Source of the DNA: Octopus sinensis
Taxonomy: Eukaryota
Assembly (NCBI RefSeq): GCF_006345805.1
Contig: NC_043011.1
Coordinates: 50,790,464-50,854,463 of the forward strand
Direction: 5' to 3'
Length of the DNA stretch: 64,000 bases
Position 1 is the first letter of the stretch, and each line of letters opens with the position of its first letter. The notes under the pieces were generated by a model. It made no database searches. It saw only the letters and a list, made by a program, of their open reading frames with translations, and was not told the origin of the DNA. Both the position numbers and the translations under genes were made by a program. Shown here piece by piece: positions 54,383-64,000 of the stretch.

Positions 54383-57300
54383 CGACAGGCTTCTTTCAGT
54401 TTCCGTCTACCAAATCCACTCACAAGGCATTGGTTGGCCCGGGGCTATAGCAGAAGACACTTGCCCAAGTTGCCACGCAGTGGGACTGAACCCGGAACCA
54501 TGTGGTTGGTTAGCAAGCTACTTACCACACAGCCACTCCTGCGCCTTTTCCTTCTAGCTTCATTAGTAGCTGTCTCTTGGTGGTCTGTCTTAATTGGATT
54601 GCCTGTTACTGTGGTCAGTAGGAGAATTGTCAGTTGCCATCGAAGAGCAAAGAAGAGGATATTTCAGACTTCACACTTTGTGTGGGTCTGAGGAAGAGAG
54701 GGAGACACAATGTGGTATTGTTACTTTGTTTGTAAGAAAGAGGAGTGGTGTGAGGTGATTGAGAGGAAGAGAAAGAGTTGGGAAGAAGGGGAGAAAAGAA
54801 GTGATGTGAGTGAAAGAATAGACTGAGGAGGGGGAAGACGGTAAGAATTTCAGAGTGTGTAGAGACGTGGTGGTGGGGGACCTAAGAGTTAGAGGGGCAG
54901 GATAGAGTGAGTTAATGTCTTGGTTAAAAGGAAAGGTGAAGAGAGTTGAAAATAAAACAGTAGACTTCAGTTTAGTTGATTAGTTTATAATTAGTTGTAG
55001 TAGTCTGTCATTGGTCTGACGTATCTGATGAATGTTTGATGAAGACAGCAAAGATGGGTTCAATTCTGCCTATGAGTGTCACCTTTTGGTGGTAAGTCAA
55101 CGTGCCTCTATGTGGTTGCCCGATCTGCTAGAAATTGCAGCCAGATCCCACAGCTCACACTGTAAAAAGGACACGTTGAATGATGAGATTCCGAGTTTCA
55201 CTGCTCATAGGGAAAAAAGAAATGATGGTCATGTGTAGAATGTCTTTGATCAAAGTTGGTCTGGGGTTAAACAACCTTTTCAAGAAAGCAAACAGCTGTA
55301 TGTGGAATCGAAAACTGAAACCCATAATAGTTGCTTAACAAAATACAGAAATATTTTCATTTGACTGTAGTTATATGTAATGGTTTAAAGGTGTAATTGT
55401 TTGAGAGCAAAAAAAGAGAGGCAAAAATCAAATTATCCCAATTTTTTTTTCTTGAAATATCTTACAAAAACTTAAAACTTCAAAATACAATTTCAAGTGG
55501 AGTTGGTAAATGGAAAGAGGGAATGTGAATTAAGATTACCATCTTAAGCACATGCATAACTGTGTGGTAAGAAGTTTTGTTTTTCAACCTTACGGAACCT
55601 GATTCTATTGTTTTAGCACCTTGAGCAAGTGTTTCTTCTATAGCCCTAGGCCAACTAAAGCCTTGTGAGTGGATTTGGTAGATGAAACTGAAAGTAGCAG
55701 CTGTGTGTGTGTGTGTGTGTGTGTATCATGTAAAAGCACCCATGCAGTACTACATAAAAGCACACTCTGTGGGAAGGTGTTAGGAAGGGCATGCAGCCAT
55801 AGAAACCATGCTAAATCAGGCCGGTGTCTTTTGCAGCTTCCCAGCTTACCAGCTCTGATGAAACTATTCAACCCATGCCAGCATGGACAATGGATGTTAA
55901 ATGATGATATATGTGTGTGTGTGTGTGTTTAGGTTTCCTTGTTCTGATATCATGTGACAGTTGTGAAATAATTGTCTCTGTCAGACATGCGATATCATTC
56001 ATTTCTAATATTCTGCCAGGACATGTCTGGCTATGAGGAAATATTGCCTTGTTTAGAAACAGGTAAAAATTGGTGAAAGGAAGGGCATCTTGCTGTAGAA
56101 AATCTGCTTCAGTAAATTTCATCCACCCACTGGAAGCATGGACCATATTCTGAGCGCCTTGTTTCCCTGGGCATGGATTCACTGAAGCTCCGGCGTCTAG
56201 CGACGGACTTGGTAAACACCCACAAGGTTATCAACCACCTCACCAACAACAACACTGAACACCTGTTTGATCTCCATGTGTCTAACACACGTGGACATGC
56301 CTACAAAGTCAGAAAACAGCACAGCTCCCATGACTTTCGGAAACATTTTTTCACGCTCAGGGTTGCTGAAGCGTGGAATAAACTGCCTGCATCAGTTGTT
56401 GACTGCCATGACACTGCATCCTTTAAGGCCCTCATGCTTCCCGAAATCCGTCGAAACTACACCTGATTATATATGCACTTTAGATGAGTTGTAGTGCACC
56501 TGAGCACTGTACACAATGTTTATTATTATTATTATTATTTAAAAGTGGATGTTGAAATGATGATATTGGGAATTTTGGACTTGAAAACAATTTAAAGTGA
56601 CATAAATTATCATTTGTTGTGTTTCTTTCAGAATAATTGATGCTGGACCAAAAGGAAACTTATCTCGTTTTATGAATCATAGCTGTCAACCAAATTGTGA
56701 AACCCAGAAGTGGATGGTTAATGGTGATGTCAGAGTTGGTTTGTTTTCCCTACATGATATCCCAGCTAGTAAGTAATGTTCTGCTCCTTAAAGATTTCAA
56801 CTCTCCAACCGGCTCTTTTGTTTGTCTCATCCTTCTAGCTTTTCCCTCCTCTTGCTCTCCTCTCATCTCTCTCTTCCCTCTTCTTCCTCTTCTCTTTCCT
56901 CTCTTTTCTTTTCCCCTTGTTTTTCGTCTTCTCTCATCCTTTTTCTGTCTATTTTGCCTATCTTCCTCTTTGATTTGTCCATTACCATATATATCTTCAA
57001 TTGCTTTTCTGATGATAATTAATTGATTAATTTAAACTTACTATCCTATCCAGATTCAGAGCTGACATTTAATTACAACTTGGATTGTCTCGGTAATGAG
57101 AAGAAGATCTGTGCCTGTGGTGCCCCAAATTGCAGTGGCTTTCTGGGTGTCCGTCCTAAGGTTGATAACATTTTTATACTTTTGTTGTCAATTTCCTTGT
57201 TTTACTTTGGGTGAAATGCGATGTGGTGGCAGCAATCCATTAAATAGCCTCTCACACGTGTTGTTGTTGTTGTTTAGCCTAATCATTGCTTACTTACAAT

Positions 57301-60300
57301 TAAGCTGTGGTCGTGTCATATCTCTTTCAAACATCATTATGTTTGAAAAAGATATGGCACAACCACAGTTAGGATACCACTCCTACCTAGGACTATTTAA
57401 TGTATCTGTAGTGACGTCATGTTCCAGTGTGCGCATACGCAGCGTTGTTCTTCGGTGTGCGTGTGCGGTGAGTCCTTCTTCAGTGTGCGTGTGCGGGGTT
57501 GGAACCTTCTAGAACGGCACAAGGAAGTTCCCTCATGCACATGCACTAGAGACTGAAGAATAAATTCCATAGCATTCCTTAATAGCGTTCGGGGACTTGA
57601 GGCATGGCGATCGAAGAGAAAGGACGTAATTTTCATACGTGTGATCAACCTATTCTCCTGTCCCAGACGCTTGGGATTTAACCTATCTATTGCTGCTGAA
57701 TTGTTGTAAGAATGGATACCAGTATACCATCGTGTTTCGTTGTTGAATAAGAGAATAAAGAATTATATATTTCTAAACTTGCTTTTCGTTCCTGACTGGT
57801 AGTTTCTAGAAACAAAAAGAAAGGAAATTGTGTTGCACCCAAGTTGCACCCCAAAAGTGTAAAGAAGCAACCAGTTCCCATTACATATCCTTTCATTTCT
57901 AATATGACTCAGTGGGTAGAGCATTGGGCTCAACATCATGGGGTTCGTGAATTCAATTCCTGGATCGGGCTGTGTGTTGTGTTCTTGAATGAGACACTTT
58001 ATTTCGCGTTGCTCCAGTTCACTCAGTTTTAGAAATGAGTTGCGATGTCCCTGGTGCCAAGCTGTATCAGCTTTTGCTTTTCCCTTGGATAACATCGGTG
58101 GTGTGGAGAGGAGAGGCTGATATGCATGGGTGACTGCTGGTTATCCATAGACAACTTTGTCCAGACTTGTACCTCAGAGGGGAACTTTCTAGGTGCAGTC
58201 CCATGGTTATGATTATTCATCACTGAAGAGGATCTTTATCCTGTGCTTGACGATTTGTGGGAGATTCAACTGTTGTTTTCAGCAGATTCAGTGATCACTT
58301 AGAGAAGTTGTGGTCAAACTGCAGCCTGTGTTACTTTCTGTATGGCACACCTATTAAAAATTACCTTAAATTTTTTTTTAGTAGCACAGCCCACTTGATA
58401 ATGAGCCATGTTTCAGGTGGCACACTTGAAAAAGTTTCCCCAACTGTCTAATTAGAGTTATAAAATATTTATCATTTGTTGAATTGGTGGGTATTTTCCT
58501 GAACTGGAACTTGCTTAATGGCCTGTGTGTGTGTGTATGTGCAGGTGTGGTGTATGTTCTAGAGAGGAGTTTTAGAATAGCTAAAACCCCATAACTCACA
58601 GGAGGTGGAAACATAGGCAGTAGTGTAGAAAATAGTGAGATTTTTGAAAAATTAAAATTATTTCTTGGGATCGTAATTTCCATTGTGAAAAACAGAGAAA
58701 TACTAAATAAATGAAGAGGTGGGAAAAAAACTACCTTTTCCTTTATCGTGACATATTGTACTTTAACCATTTTGACTGTGTAATAACCCTAACCCCTAAC
58801 CTGTTCCCGGCCAATGCACAGGTTTCTTTTTGTCCAACCCATGCTAGCATGAAAAGCGGACGCTAAATGATGATGATGATGATGATGATGATGATTCCCA
58901 ATGTTTGTTATCAACCAAACAAAGAAGAAAATAGAATTGGTGTATTCTACATCTGCAATACTTTCACAATATCTCCTGTAGGAGATATAGTTTTCAGATC
59001 CACCACTGAAATTATTTGATTCTTGTTCTGTAGAGAAATATTCGATGAAAGTTTGAAAAATTGTCTTTTGTAAAATGTGTTACTGGGGAATGTCTCTGCT
59101 TCTCACAGCATAAGAGAGATTCTTTCAAAGCCTTCCAGTTAACAGTAAAAAAAATGTTGAGGGGGATATATCCATGTACTGCATTGAAAGGGTGAAAGGG
59201 ACTGTTACCATCATCATCATCTAATGTCTGGATTGTATAAGTTGACCAGAGCTGGCAAGCTGCACCAAATTCCAGATTGATTTGACCTGGTTTCTATGGC
59301 TGAACTCGATGCCCTTCCTTATGCCAGCCACTTTACATAGTGTGCTGAGTGCTTTTTACATGGCATTGGTATGGGCGTTTTTATGTGGCACTGGTATAGA
59401 TGATATTTTTCAGTTTTGTTGTGGGAGATGAGCTGATGAAAGGGTTAATAAGAGACCTGACTCCCTTTTTATTTTTTAGTTCAATTTTTGCTTTATATTT
59501 TCCTAGTTATGTTATCATCATCATCATTTAACGTCCGCTTTCCATGCTAGCATGGGTTGGACGGTTCAACTGGGGTCTGGGGAGCCCGAAGGCTGCACCA
59601 GGCCAGTCAGATCTGGCAGTGTTTCTACAGCTGGATGCCCTTCCTAACGCCAACCACTCCGAGAGTGTAGTGGGTGATTTTACGTGCCACCGACACAGGT
59701 GCCAGACGAGGCTGGCGAACGGCCACGCTCGGATGGTGTTTTTTTATGTGCCACCGACACAGGTGCCAGACGAGGCTGGCATATTTTTATCTTTTTGTAT
59801 TTGGTTTTTAATTAAACATTTAAAATTTTTTTGTTAAAATTTTAAAATAGCGAATTCAAATTTTAATTTTAAATTATGTAAACAGTTTGAGGGACAAATG
59901 GTGTGTTGTGTCCTTGTGCATTTCACATTGCTCCTCTGTATCCAATTGAAACGAGTATCTAATCTAAAAGTGCTGGTGCAATCTTCTCTTCCTCCTGCTG
60001 TCACATCCTTGATGCTCTTCTGGGTTGAGAGGGGATCTATGACTTCTTGTGACAACTCAGGAATCAATAATAATTAGTGAAAAATACTTGCAACAATGTG
60101 TCTTTACTTATGAGTGACAATTGTAGTAGTTTTTTAGAGGGTAGGATATGGTTTGAGGAAGAATTAGTTGCTATGTGTAGCTGACCAAACAACCATATAC
60201 AAGTTGCTGGGAAAGGGGACAGAAGGGATTTAGAATGTTTTTAGACTTGGCAGTAATTGTTGTCAACTGATGAATGTCATTACTTCTTCCTGTTTTCAGT

Positions 60301-60498
60301 CAGTCATAAATCAAGCCGATAAAAAGGCAAAAGATTTGAAGAAGAAAAAGAAGCGTAAAAAAGGCCGGCCTGACTTGAAGAAACATGAAGACGAGTGCTT
60401 CCGATGTGGAGAGGGTGGTGAACTAGTCATGTGTGACAAATCACAGTGCCCTAAAGTCTACCATCTGCAGTGCTTGAGCTTGACTAAGCCACCCCATG
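15680..60498 (+). CDS. NSD2: NSD-family histone H3K36 methyltransferase (NSD1/2/3 orthologue); partial multi-exon gene, 14 exons in window
   Basis: Manually spliced exons with GT-AG boundaries and matching phases give the order PHD1-4, PWWP ([11 protein letters not shown]...FFGSHDYYW), AWS, SET ([28 protein letters not shown]), post-SET (CxCGAxNCSGFLG), PHD5. This order is diagnostic of NSD proteins. The symbol is a family-level assignment. Confidence 0.96.
16778..17190 (-). mobile_element. RTE 3' UTR fragment
   Basis: Same motifs; about three internal tandem units. Confidence 0.85.
17429..18013. mobile_element. MITE family 1 interrupted by an RTE 3' fragment (about 17545-17960, + strand)
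   Basis: The two MITE halves are separated by RTE sequence containing a 26-bp minisatellite. Confidence 0.75.
18976..19143 (+). CDS. NSD2: NSD exon B (168 nt, phase 0 to 0)
   Basis: Acceptor cttccatag, donor GCT|gtgagt; MSGSIMDND...TPPSSA; phases fit both neighbours. Confidence 0.72.
20075..20512 (-). mobile_element. RTE LINE 3' fragment (ORF end plus 3' UTR)
   Basis: [10 protein letters not shown]-like ORF end, ggaagggcatcc domain and (GAT)n tail. Confidence 0.75.
21412..21765 (-). mobile_element. RTE 3' UTR fragment with three 66-bp tandem units
   Basis: acatgcc recurs at 21578, 21644 and 21710. Confidence 0.85.
22990..23290 (+). pseudogene. Older mariner transposase C-terminal fragment
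   Basis: LQDNVRRH and [22 protein letters not shown] resemble the QDNARPH and HPPYSPDLAPSDFHLF motifs. Confidence 0.7.
23447..23772 (+). mobile_element. tRNA-derived SINE family 3; copies at 37073-37400 and 57904-58215, related copy at 24782-25100
   Basis: A box tgctcagtggttag, B box gagttcgaatc and ttgagcaagacactttatttcac core. Confidence 0.82.
25120..25925. repeat. About 800-bp degenerate CT-rich polypyrimidine tract
   Basis: Base composition; a purine-rich tract of similar type lies at 54700-54960. Confidence 0.8.
26198..26477. mobile_element. Penelope-like pseudo-LTR fragment in inverted arrangement (perfect 102-bp arms at 26268-26369 and 26376-26477)
   Basis: Exact reverse-complement arms, embedded hammerhead core, flanked by (TA)n. 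Confidence 0.7.
26401..26450 (+). ncRNA. Minimal type I hammerhead ribozyme motif (Penelope-like); mirror copy on - strand at 26295-26344
   Basis: Stem I CUGU/ACAG, core CUGAUGA (26411-17), stem II ACG-GCAA-CGA, GAAA (26428-31), palindromic stem III ACUC-A-GAGU, GUA cleavage triplet (26438-40). Confidence 0.75.
26521..27077. mobile_element. Unclassified foldback element or MITE with about 190-bp TIRs
   Basis: Arms 26521-26711 and 26883-27077 are reverse complements with scattered mismatches; about 170-bp spacer; no ORF. Confidence 0.8.
27690..28305 (-). mobile_element. CR1/L2-like LINE 3' fragment (second family)
   Basis: Minus-strand translation resembles an RT C-terminus: YIWKIL...[12 protein letters not shown]...[11 protein letters not shown]. 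Confidence 0.7.
28330..28808. repeat. (TA)n-based compound microsatellite with a 22-bp minisatellite
   Basis: tgtatatattgatatatggata repeated three or more times at about 28578-28680. Confidence 0.85.
28809..29975 (-). pseudogene. Decayed mariner (Tc1/mariner) transposon; transposase pseudogene at about 28882-29912
   Basis: [21 protein letters not shown] and [15 protein letters not shown] motifs; in-frame stops and frameshifts; one TIR at 28809 after TA; the other TIR was not found. Confidence 0.92.
30263..30626. repeat. Compound (TA)/(TG)/(TATG) microsatellite
   Basis: Visible directly; explains the overlapping low-complexity ORFs. Confidence 0.9.
30920..31343 (+). mobile_element. CR1-like LINE reverse-transcriptase C-terminal fragment
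   Basis: ERDLG...[19 protein letters not shown]...[10 protein letters not shown]...YSERL. Confidence 0.9.
31342..32000 (+). mobile_element. Penelope-like element fragment (GIY-YIG endonuclease end), interrupted by a SINE
   Basis: [11 protein letters not shown]...CITC...[25 protein letters not shown]; resumes after the SINE as LTIPFYKL...[11 protein letters not shown]. Confidence 0.82.
31677..31905 (-). mobile_element. Full-length tRNA-derived SINE (Meta-domain-like family) with a 14-bp TSD
   Basis: TSD TTCTAACCATACCT at 31663-31676 and 31906-31919; central gcctttcatcctttcggggtcgataaa motif; family name is from recall and unverified. Confidence 0.85.
33112..33216 (+). CDS. NSD2: NSD exon C (105 nt, phase 0 to 0)
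   Basis: Acceptor catcttttcag, donor CAG|gtaagt; [35 protein letters not shown]. Confidence 0.72.
33891..34320 (+). CDS. NSD2: NSD exon D: poly-Glu tract and PHD1
   Basis: Acceptor cattttag, donor A|gtaagt; [31 protein letters not shown]...CVQC. Confidence 0.93.
34375..34752. mobile_element. Tc1-type MITE (378 bp)
   Basis: TA|CACT..GTCAGAAATTAATTAG TIR about 26 bp at both ends; TA duplication. Confidence 0.8.
35147..35557 (+). mobile_element. CORE-like SINE, full length, nested in an older RTE-tailed SINE (34905-35720)
   Basis: The host sequence continues on both sides (compare 20515-20900). Confidence 0.85.
36338..36482. mobile_element. Possible hAT-type MITE
   Basis: cagccatgagcaa / ttgcccatacctg imperfect TIRs; no clear 8-bp TSD. 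Confidence 0.4.
37422..37627. mobile_element. Mariner-derived MITE; second copy at about 51776-51994
   Basis: GGGGTGCTGAAAAG / CTTTTCAGCACCCC termini. Confidence 0.72.
37699..38067 (+). mobile_element. CORE-like SINE
   Basis: Near-identical to the 35147 copy. Confidence 0.87.
38343..38563. mobile_element. piggyBac-type MITE family 2; copies at 11084-11468 (RTE-interrupted), 13803-14023, 60901-61123 and about 61697-62116 (nested)
   Basis: CCCTTT...AAAGGG termini; inserted at the TTAA of a CR1 fragment, with the empty site visible at about 40210. Confidence 0.88.
39474..39677 (+). CDS. NSD2: NSD exon E: PHD2 and start of PHD3
   Basis: Acceptor tttttag, donor G|gtaagt; HRCFCCK...CGRFYHDVC...CPLHVCVTC. 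Confidence 0.95.
41767..42175 (-). mobile_element. RTE 3' UTR fragment ending about 60 nt upstream of exon F
   Basis: Same motifs; further copies at 27400-27660(-), 32190-32418(+), 43350-43545(-), 52065-52395(+) and 59515-59782(-). Confidence 0.85.
42236..42415 (+). CDS. NSD2: NSD exon F: PHD3 and start of PHD4
   Basis: Acceptor ttttccag, donor G|gtaaac; [14 protein letters not shown]...[10 protein letters not shown]. Confidence 0.95.
44102..44258 (+). CDS. NSD2: NSD exon G: PHD4 and start of PWWP2
   Basis: Acceptor catttgcag, donor AG|gtaaac; [18 protein letters not shown]...[13 protein letters not shown]. Confidence 0.95.
44290..46210 (-). mobile_element. Three CORE-like SINE copies (44290-44671, 44697-45086, 45908-46210)
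   Basis: Same family, all in reverse orientation. Confidence 0.85.
46401..46529 (+). CDS. NSD2: NSD exon H: PWWP2 core
   Basis: Acceptor gtcgtag, donor AG|gtaagt; [10 protein letters not shown]...[20 protein letters not shown]. Confidence 0.95.
47628..47820 (+). CDS. NSD2: NSD exon I: end of PWWP2 and linker
   Basis: Acceptor tttccag, donor AAA|gtaagt; [11 protein letters not shown]...[10 protein letters not shown]. Confidence 0.94.
48575..48997 (-). mobile_element. CR1-like LINE 3' end (subfamily 2); sister copy at 10561-10815(+)
   Basis: [15 protein letters not shown]...[21 protein letters not shown]. Confidence 0.88.
49983..50497. mobile_element. MITE family 1 interrupted by a young RTE 3' fragment (50085-50370)
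   Basis: TTAA at 49979-82 and 50498-501; the MITE halves join around the insert. Confidence 0.82.
50498..50935 (-). mobile_element. RTE-clade LINE 3' fragment including the end of the ORF
   Basis: [12 protein letters not shown]...[14 protein letters not shown] matches the RTE RT C-terminus and is followed by the family 3' UTR. Confidence 0.85.
50969..51238 (+). CDS. NSD2: NSD exon J: AWS domain and start of SET
   Basis: Acceptor tcctgcag, donor AAG|gtgagt; CECRP...[32 protein letters not shown]...RGWGL. Confidence 0.96.
52847..52999. mobile_element. Tc1-type palindromic MITE (153 bp)
   Basis: TA|CAGTG...CACTG|TA; inverted arms 52843-52899 and 52947-53003 with 3 mismatches. Confidence 0.82.
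53194..53490 (+). mobile_element. tRNA-derived SINE family 4
   Basis: tggcccagtggttagg A box, ggtttcgattcc B box; (TA)n flanks. Confidence 0.7.
53827..53948 (+). CDS. NSD2: NSD exon K: SET domain
   Basis: Acceptor atttcag, donor AG|gtaact; [17 protein letters not shown]...[11 protein letters not shown]. Confidence 0.96.
54131..54545 (-). mobile_element. CORE-like SINE, full length
   Basis: Same family in reverse orientation. Confidence 0.87.
56146..56535 (+). mobile_element. CR1-like LINE 3' end with (TAT)n tail
   Basis: [15 protein letters not shown]...RGHAYK...[17 protein letters not shown]...FK; same family at 7385-7565(+), 38240-38625(-), 40120-40416(-) and 46945-47198(-). Confidence 0.88.
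56632..56768 (+). CDS. NSD2: NSD exon L: SET catalytic core
   Basis: Acceptor tctttcag, donor A|gtaagt; [38 protein letters not shown]. Confidence 0.97.
57054..57160 (+). CDS. NSD2: NSD exon M: end of SET and post-SET
   Basis: Acceptor tatccag, weak donor AAG|gttgat; [35 protein letters not shown]. Confidence 0.94.
57407..57814. mobile_element. Possible solo LTR
   Basis: TGT...ACA termini, CpG-richer than the flanks, AATAAA at 57754-59; no TSD found. Confidence 0.35.
60300..60498 (+). CDS. NSD2: NSD exon N: basic linker and PHD5
   Basis: Acceptor gttttcag, donor G|gtgagt; KKKKKRKK...[31 protein letters not shown]. Confidence 0.95.
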
Positions 60499-61455
60499 GT
60501 GAGTAGGTTTTTCTTTTTTTTTTAAATATATATTTTAAAGAAAAAGGGACAGTGCTCACGCTGCTTGAAAACCTTCCAAGATGAGTAAAATCAGGAAATT
60601 GTATTATTTTATTACTTTTTACTGTGGCTGTGTTGGGCTCCACTTTCAGGGTCTCTTAGTCAGCTACTGTATTCTTTGGCATATAAGTTGAAGTTTGTAT
60701 AGAATGTAAGATGTTCATTCAAACATCATCCACTATCTTTCCAAATTTTACTGCATTTGACTTGGAACTTTTAGTCCTCCAGATTTGTCTAGGTGTCTAA
60801 GTCAACCCACCTTGTTTGGCGGTAAATTTTGGCCTGGAAAATTCCATGTGTATGCTAGAAAATATGGTACATTGATGCCAGTTGTCAGTTGCTGGATTAA
60901 CCCTTTTGTTACTGAATTCCTGTTAAAATACAAAGCCTTTGTTTTAATTAATTTTGGTAATAATAAAGAATTTAGTAAAATAACTTAATCGTGATTAAAC
61001 TGGAGTTTGGAACTTGAATCAATAGGAAATTTTTATGGACGGTTTTAATTTAGTTCACTTTAAAGTAGGAAGTTTGTATCATAAGATCTGTGGGAGTTCT
61101 TGAGTAATTTGGTGTCAAAAGAGTTAAATATCGGAATGAAATAAGTTAACTTTTTGACATATTCTCTCTCTCTCTCTCCCTCCCTCCCTCTCTCTCAGAA
61201 CTCCCACATAAACCTGTTAAAAACCTCTAGTCTTCCCTCTGCATATTCTGTTGCTATTACAGAGTTGCATAGTACTTTCATCCAAACCCATCGCTTCACA
61301 CACCTTGGTTAAAGTTGTGGTTTCTGACCTTGCTAGGAAGCAATAGCATTAAGAACTAATTCAGTTCTTACTGTCTGTGACAACCTCTGTAACCCATACC
61401 ATCATAAAAAGTTGATGTGAAACAATAGTGATGTGGATATATTGCTGTGTGTGAG

Positions 61456-61486
<31 letters not shown>

Positions 61487-62329
61487 GAATATGGGCAAAA
61501 CCTATGAGCTTTGTGTGCCATCTGAAACTGATGAGATTGATGTGGATGATGTACATCTTGACTTTCAGTGAGTGAGTGTGTGTGTGTGTGTGTGTGTGAT
61601 GATGGATTTGGGAAAGTGGTGTGTAATCAGATAGTTTAGTAGTAGCAATAGCATTTACAGAGTGAACAGAGCACACCATTGTGGAGTTGAGGTTGTAACC
61701 CTTTCATTTTCATATTTCTGACCAAATATGCCGTCTTCAGTTACTTTTGAAAATAACAAAATATTTCATTCATTACCTGAGTCGCTTTTATTAATCTTTT
61801 TGATAACAACCTGCCTGAGATCACTCTTGGTTCTGTGATACAAACTTCCTGTTTCAGAGAATGCTAAATTATCTTTCATCAGAATTTCATGTTATGTTCC
61901 AAACGTCAGTTTCTGAAAAATGGCAAAGTTTCTTTTACTAAATTCTTCATTATTTTCAAAATTAATTGAATTGAAGCAAAGGCAGATTGTATTGACAGAG
62001 AAGTATGATAATGAAAGGGTCCAGCTGGTATTTGGAACATAAATTTAACATCTAAAGTGGGAATTTTGTGTTGTAGAACAAAGGATGGTCTCAGATGGAT
62101 TGGTATCAGAAAGGTAAAACTGTTACATACTAATTTGCTTGCGTGAAAGTTTTTGTCAGTAATTTCAATGGTTTTTTGTTGGTTACATTCTAGTATTGTG
62201 TGTGTGTGGCGGTGGGAGCACTGTCTCTGATGTGGAAGCAGGACTCCCTTGTGAAACTCAGTTCATCTTTGTCGAAAATTAGTAGCTAATCAGTATCTTC
62301 TGTTCATAAACACTGTCACTCTGTAGGTT

Positions 62330-62580
62330 GCAGTTTTAGATCTATCTATCCTGTGAAGTGACTTTACTGAACCGATGCAACCCTTCCCATGCCAGATGTC
62401 CTGATATTCCATAGCAGTCTTCATATCTTCAGCCTGATATCCAATATCTTCCACAAGTTGATCGATATTATGCTCTTCTTGGTCTGACAATACATCATTT
62501 ATGTCTATGCATGGTTTTTCAGAAAAGTCGGTTGCTAGATATTTCGTCCTTACTCCTCTGGCAGTACCATGAACAATGTG
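62330..62580 (-). mobile_element. Degenerate RTE ORF C-terminal remnant (different family)
   Basis: RSKDEISS and NIDQLVEDIGYQAEDMKTAME resemble RTE C-termini. Confidence 0.55.
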
Positions 62581-64000
62581 TACTTTATTTATGTCTATGC
62601 ATGGTTTTTTTCAGAAAAGGAGGTTGTGTTCTTTCTCTAATTACTGAGGTCATGGTAGGAAGACAGCCCTTGCTGCTCTGTGGGCTGTTCCCCACCAAGT
62701 AAAACTGAGAACTGTACAAAACAGCTTTAACTATCTCAAAATATACCCAATCCTCATTGTAAAATGATTAATGAGGCATTTAGCCATATGAACCATGCCA
62801 AATAAAAAGGAGGGTAGTGTTCTCTGTTTCTGTGTGTGATTTTTATTATGATTGATAATTGTGTCTGCATTAAATTTTTGAAGGAACTTGGCACATCTGC
62901 TACCAAGACACTCATAATGTTCTGTTAGGCTTTTGAAAAACCTTCAGCTCAAACTTTTCAGTTGTATGCTTTGGTTGGTGTGGAGCTACAGTAGAAGACA
63001 TTAGCTCAGGGTGCTGTGCAGTGGGACTGAATCTAAATACATGTGGTTGGGCGTGTACGCTTCTTAATCACACAGATATACTGAAACTTGTAAAGTTGTA
63101 AATAATAATATTGTATTTTCTGGCATACACACTGACATAGAGTATAGTGTAAGCATTCAAACTTTATTACTATCTTCTCAAATACTGCTGCATTTCACAT
63201 GGAATTTTTGCTCTTCTGAAGTTGTTTTGGTGTTTAAGTTGACCTAACCATGTTTGGTTGTAAATTTTGGTGTAAAAAATTCGACACATGTTAAAAAAAA
63301 TGTGGTAGTTAAATATATTTGACACAGTAAGACGGCGAGCTGGCAGAATTTTTAGTATGCCAGGTGAAATACTTAGCGGCATTTCATCCATTTTTATGCT
63401 CTGAGTTCAAATTCTGCCATGGTCAATTTTGCTTTTCATCATTTAGAGGTCAATAAAATAAGCACCAGTTGAACATTGGGGTCGATGTATTCAACTCACC
63501 CCTCTCCTATAACTGCTGGCTTTGTACCAGAGTTTGAAATCAATAGTTTGGTACAGTGAACTAAAATTATATTGTCCTAAATAACAGAAGACCCAAGCCA
63601 ACAGCAATTTTAAAAATTGTTGTAAAGAAAACTGCTGGCAACATGCTAATTTCTTTATGCTATATAATAATGTTTTTTTCATTTTATGAAAAATTACATG
63701 CTACAACTAATAGTGTTGGTTATTGTGTATTTTTATTTCTTGTTTACTCAACCCCCTCTGCTATATTCATGTAACAAATGCTTTAAAAAAAAAAAAAAAC
63801 TTCCTAAAATATAGAAAATTGCTATAAAATTGTTTCAAATCTCTGAGATTGGTGTTATTGGGGATTTTTATTGTATTGCTAGGTTAATAAGTAAGCTGCA
63901 AATTTTAGGGGAAAAAACCTGCAATTAGTTAAATTGTTTAATTACTTAGTGACCAATAATTTTTTTATTGCTTTTTTCCATTCCTGCAAGACGGAAGAAG

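Noticed and set aside
58788-58802. aaccctaacccctaacc telomere-like motif
   Set aside because: Only about 2.5 imperfect units; too short to call an interstitial telomere
63960-64000. Possible acceptor of the final NSD exon at the window edge
   Set aside because: The following bases do not give the expected GKWxCPWH-type continuation; that exon is presumably beyond the window

Overview
AT-rich, microsatellite-dense eukaryotic DNA; the repeat families suggest an octopus/coleoid cephalopod (inference, not searched). The window is the internal part of one + strand gene, an NSD-family (NSD1/2/3-like) H3K36 methyltransferase. I assembled 14 phase-compatible GT-AG exons from 15680 to 60498 (2646 nt, about 882 codons): a low-complexity linker, a poly-Glu tract, PHD1-4, PWWP2, AWS, SET, post-SET and the start of PHD5. 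The first and last exons lie outside the window. The introns are filled with transposon debris: RTE LINE 3' ends, CR1-like fragments, several tRNA-derived SINE families, TTAA-flanked piggyBac-type MITEs, Tc1/mariner MITEs, a decayed mariner and a Penelope GIY-YIG fragment. The most unusual signal is a perfect 102-bp inverted repeat at 26268-26477. Each arm carries a minimal Penelope-type hammerhead ribozyme, and it sits directly beside a second, roughly 560-bp foldback element. No tRNA, rRNA or CRISPR features are supported. Most repeat boundaries are approximate.
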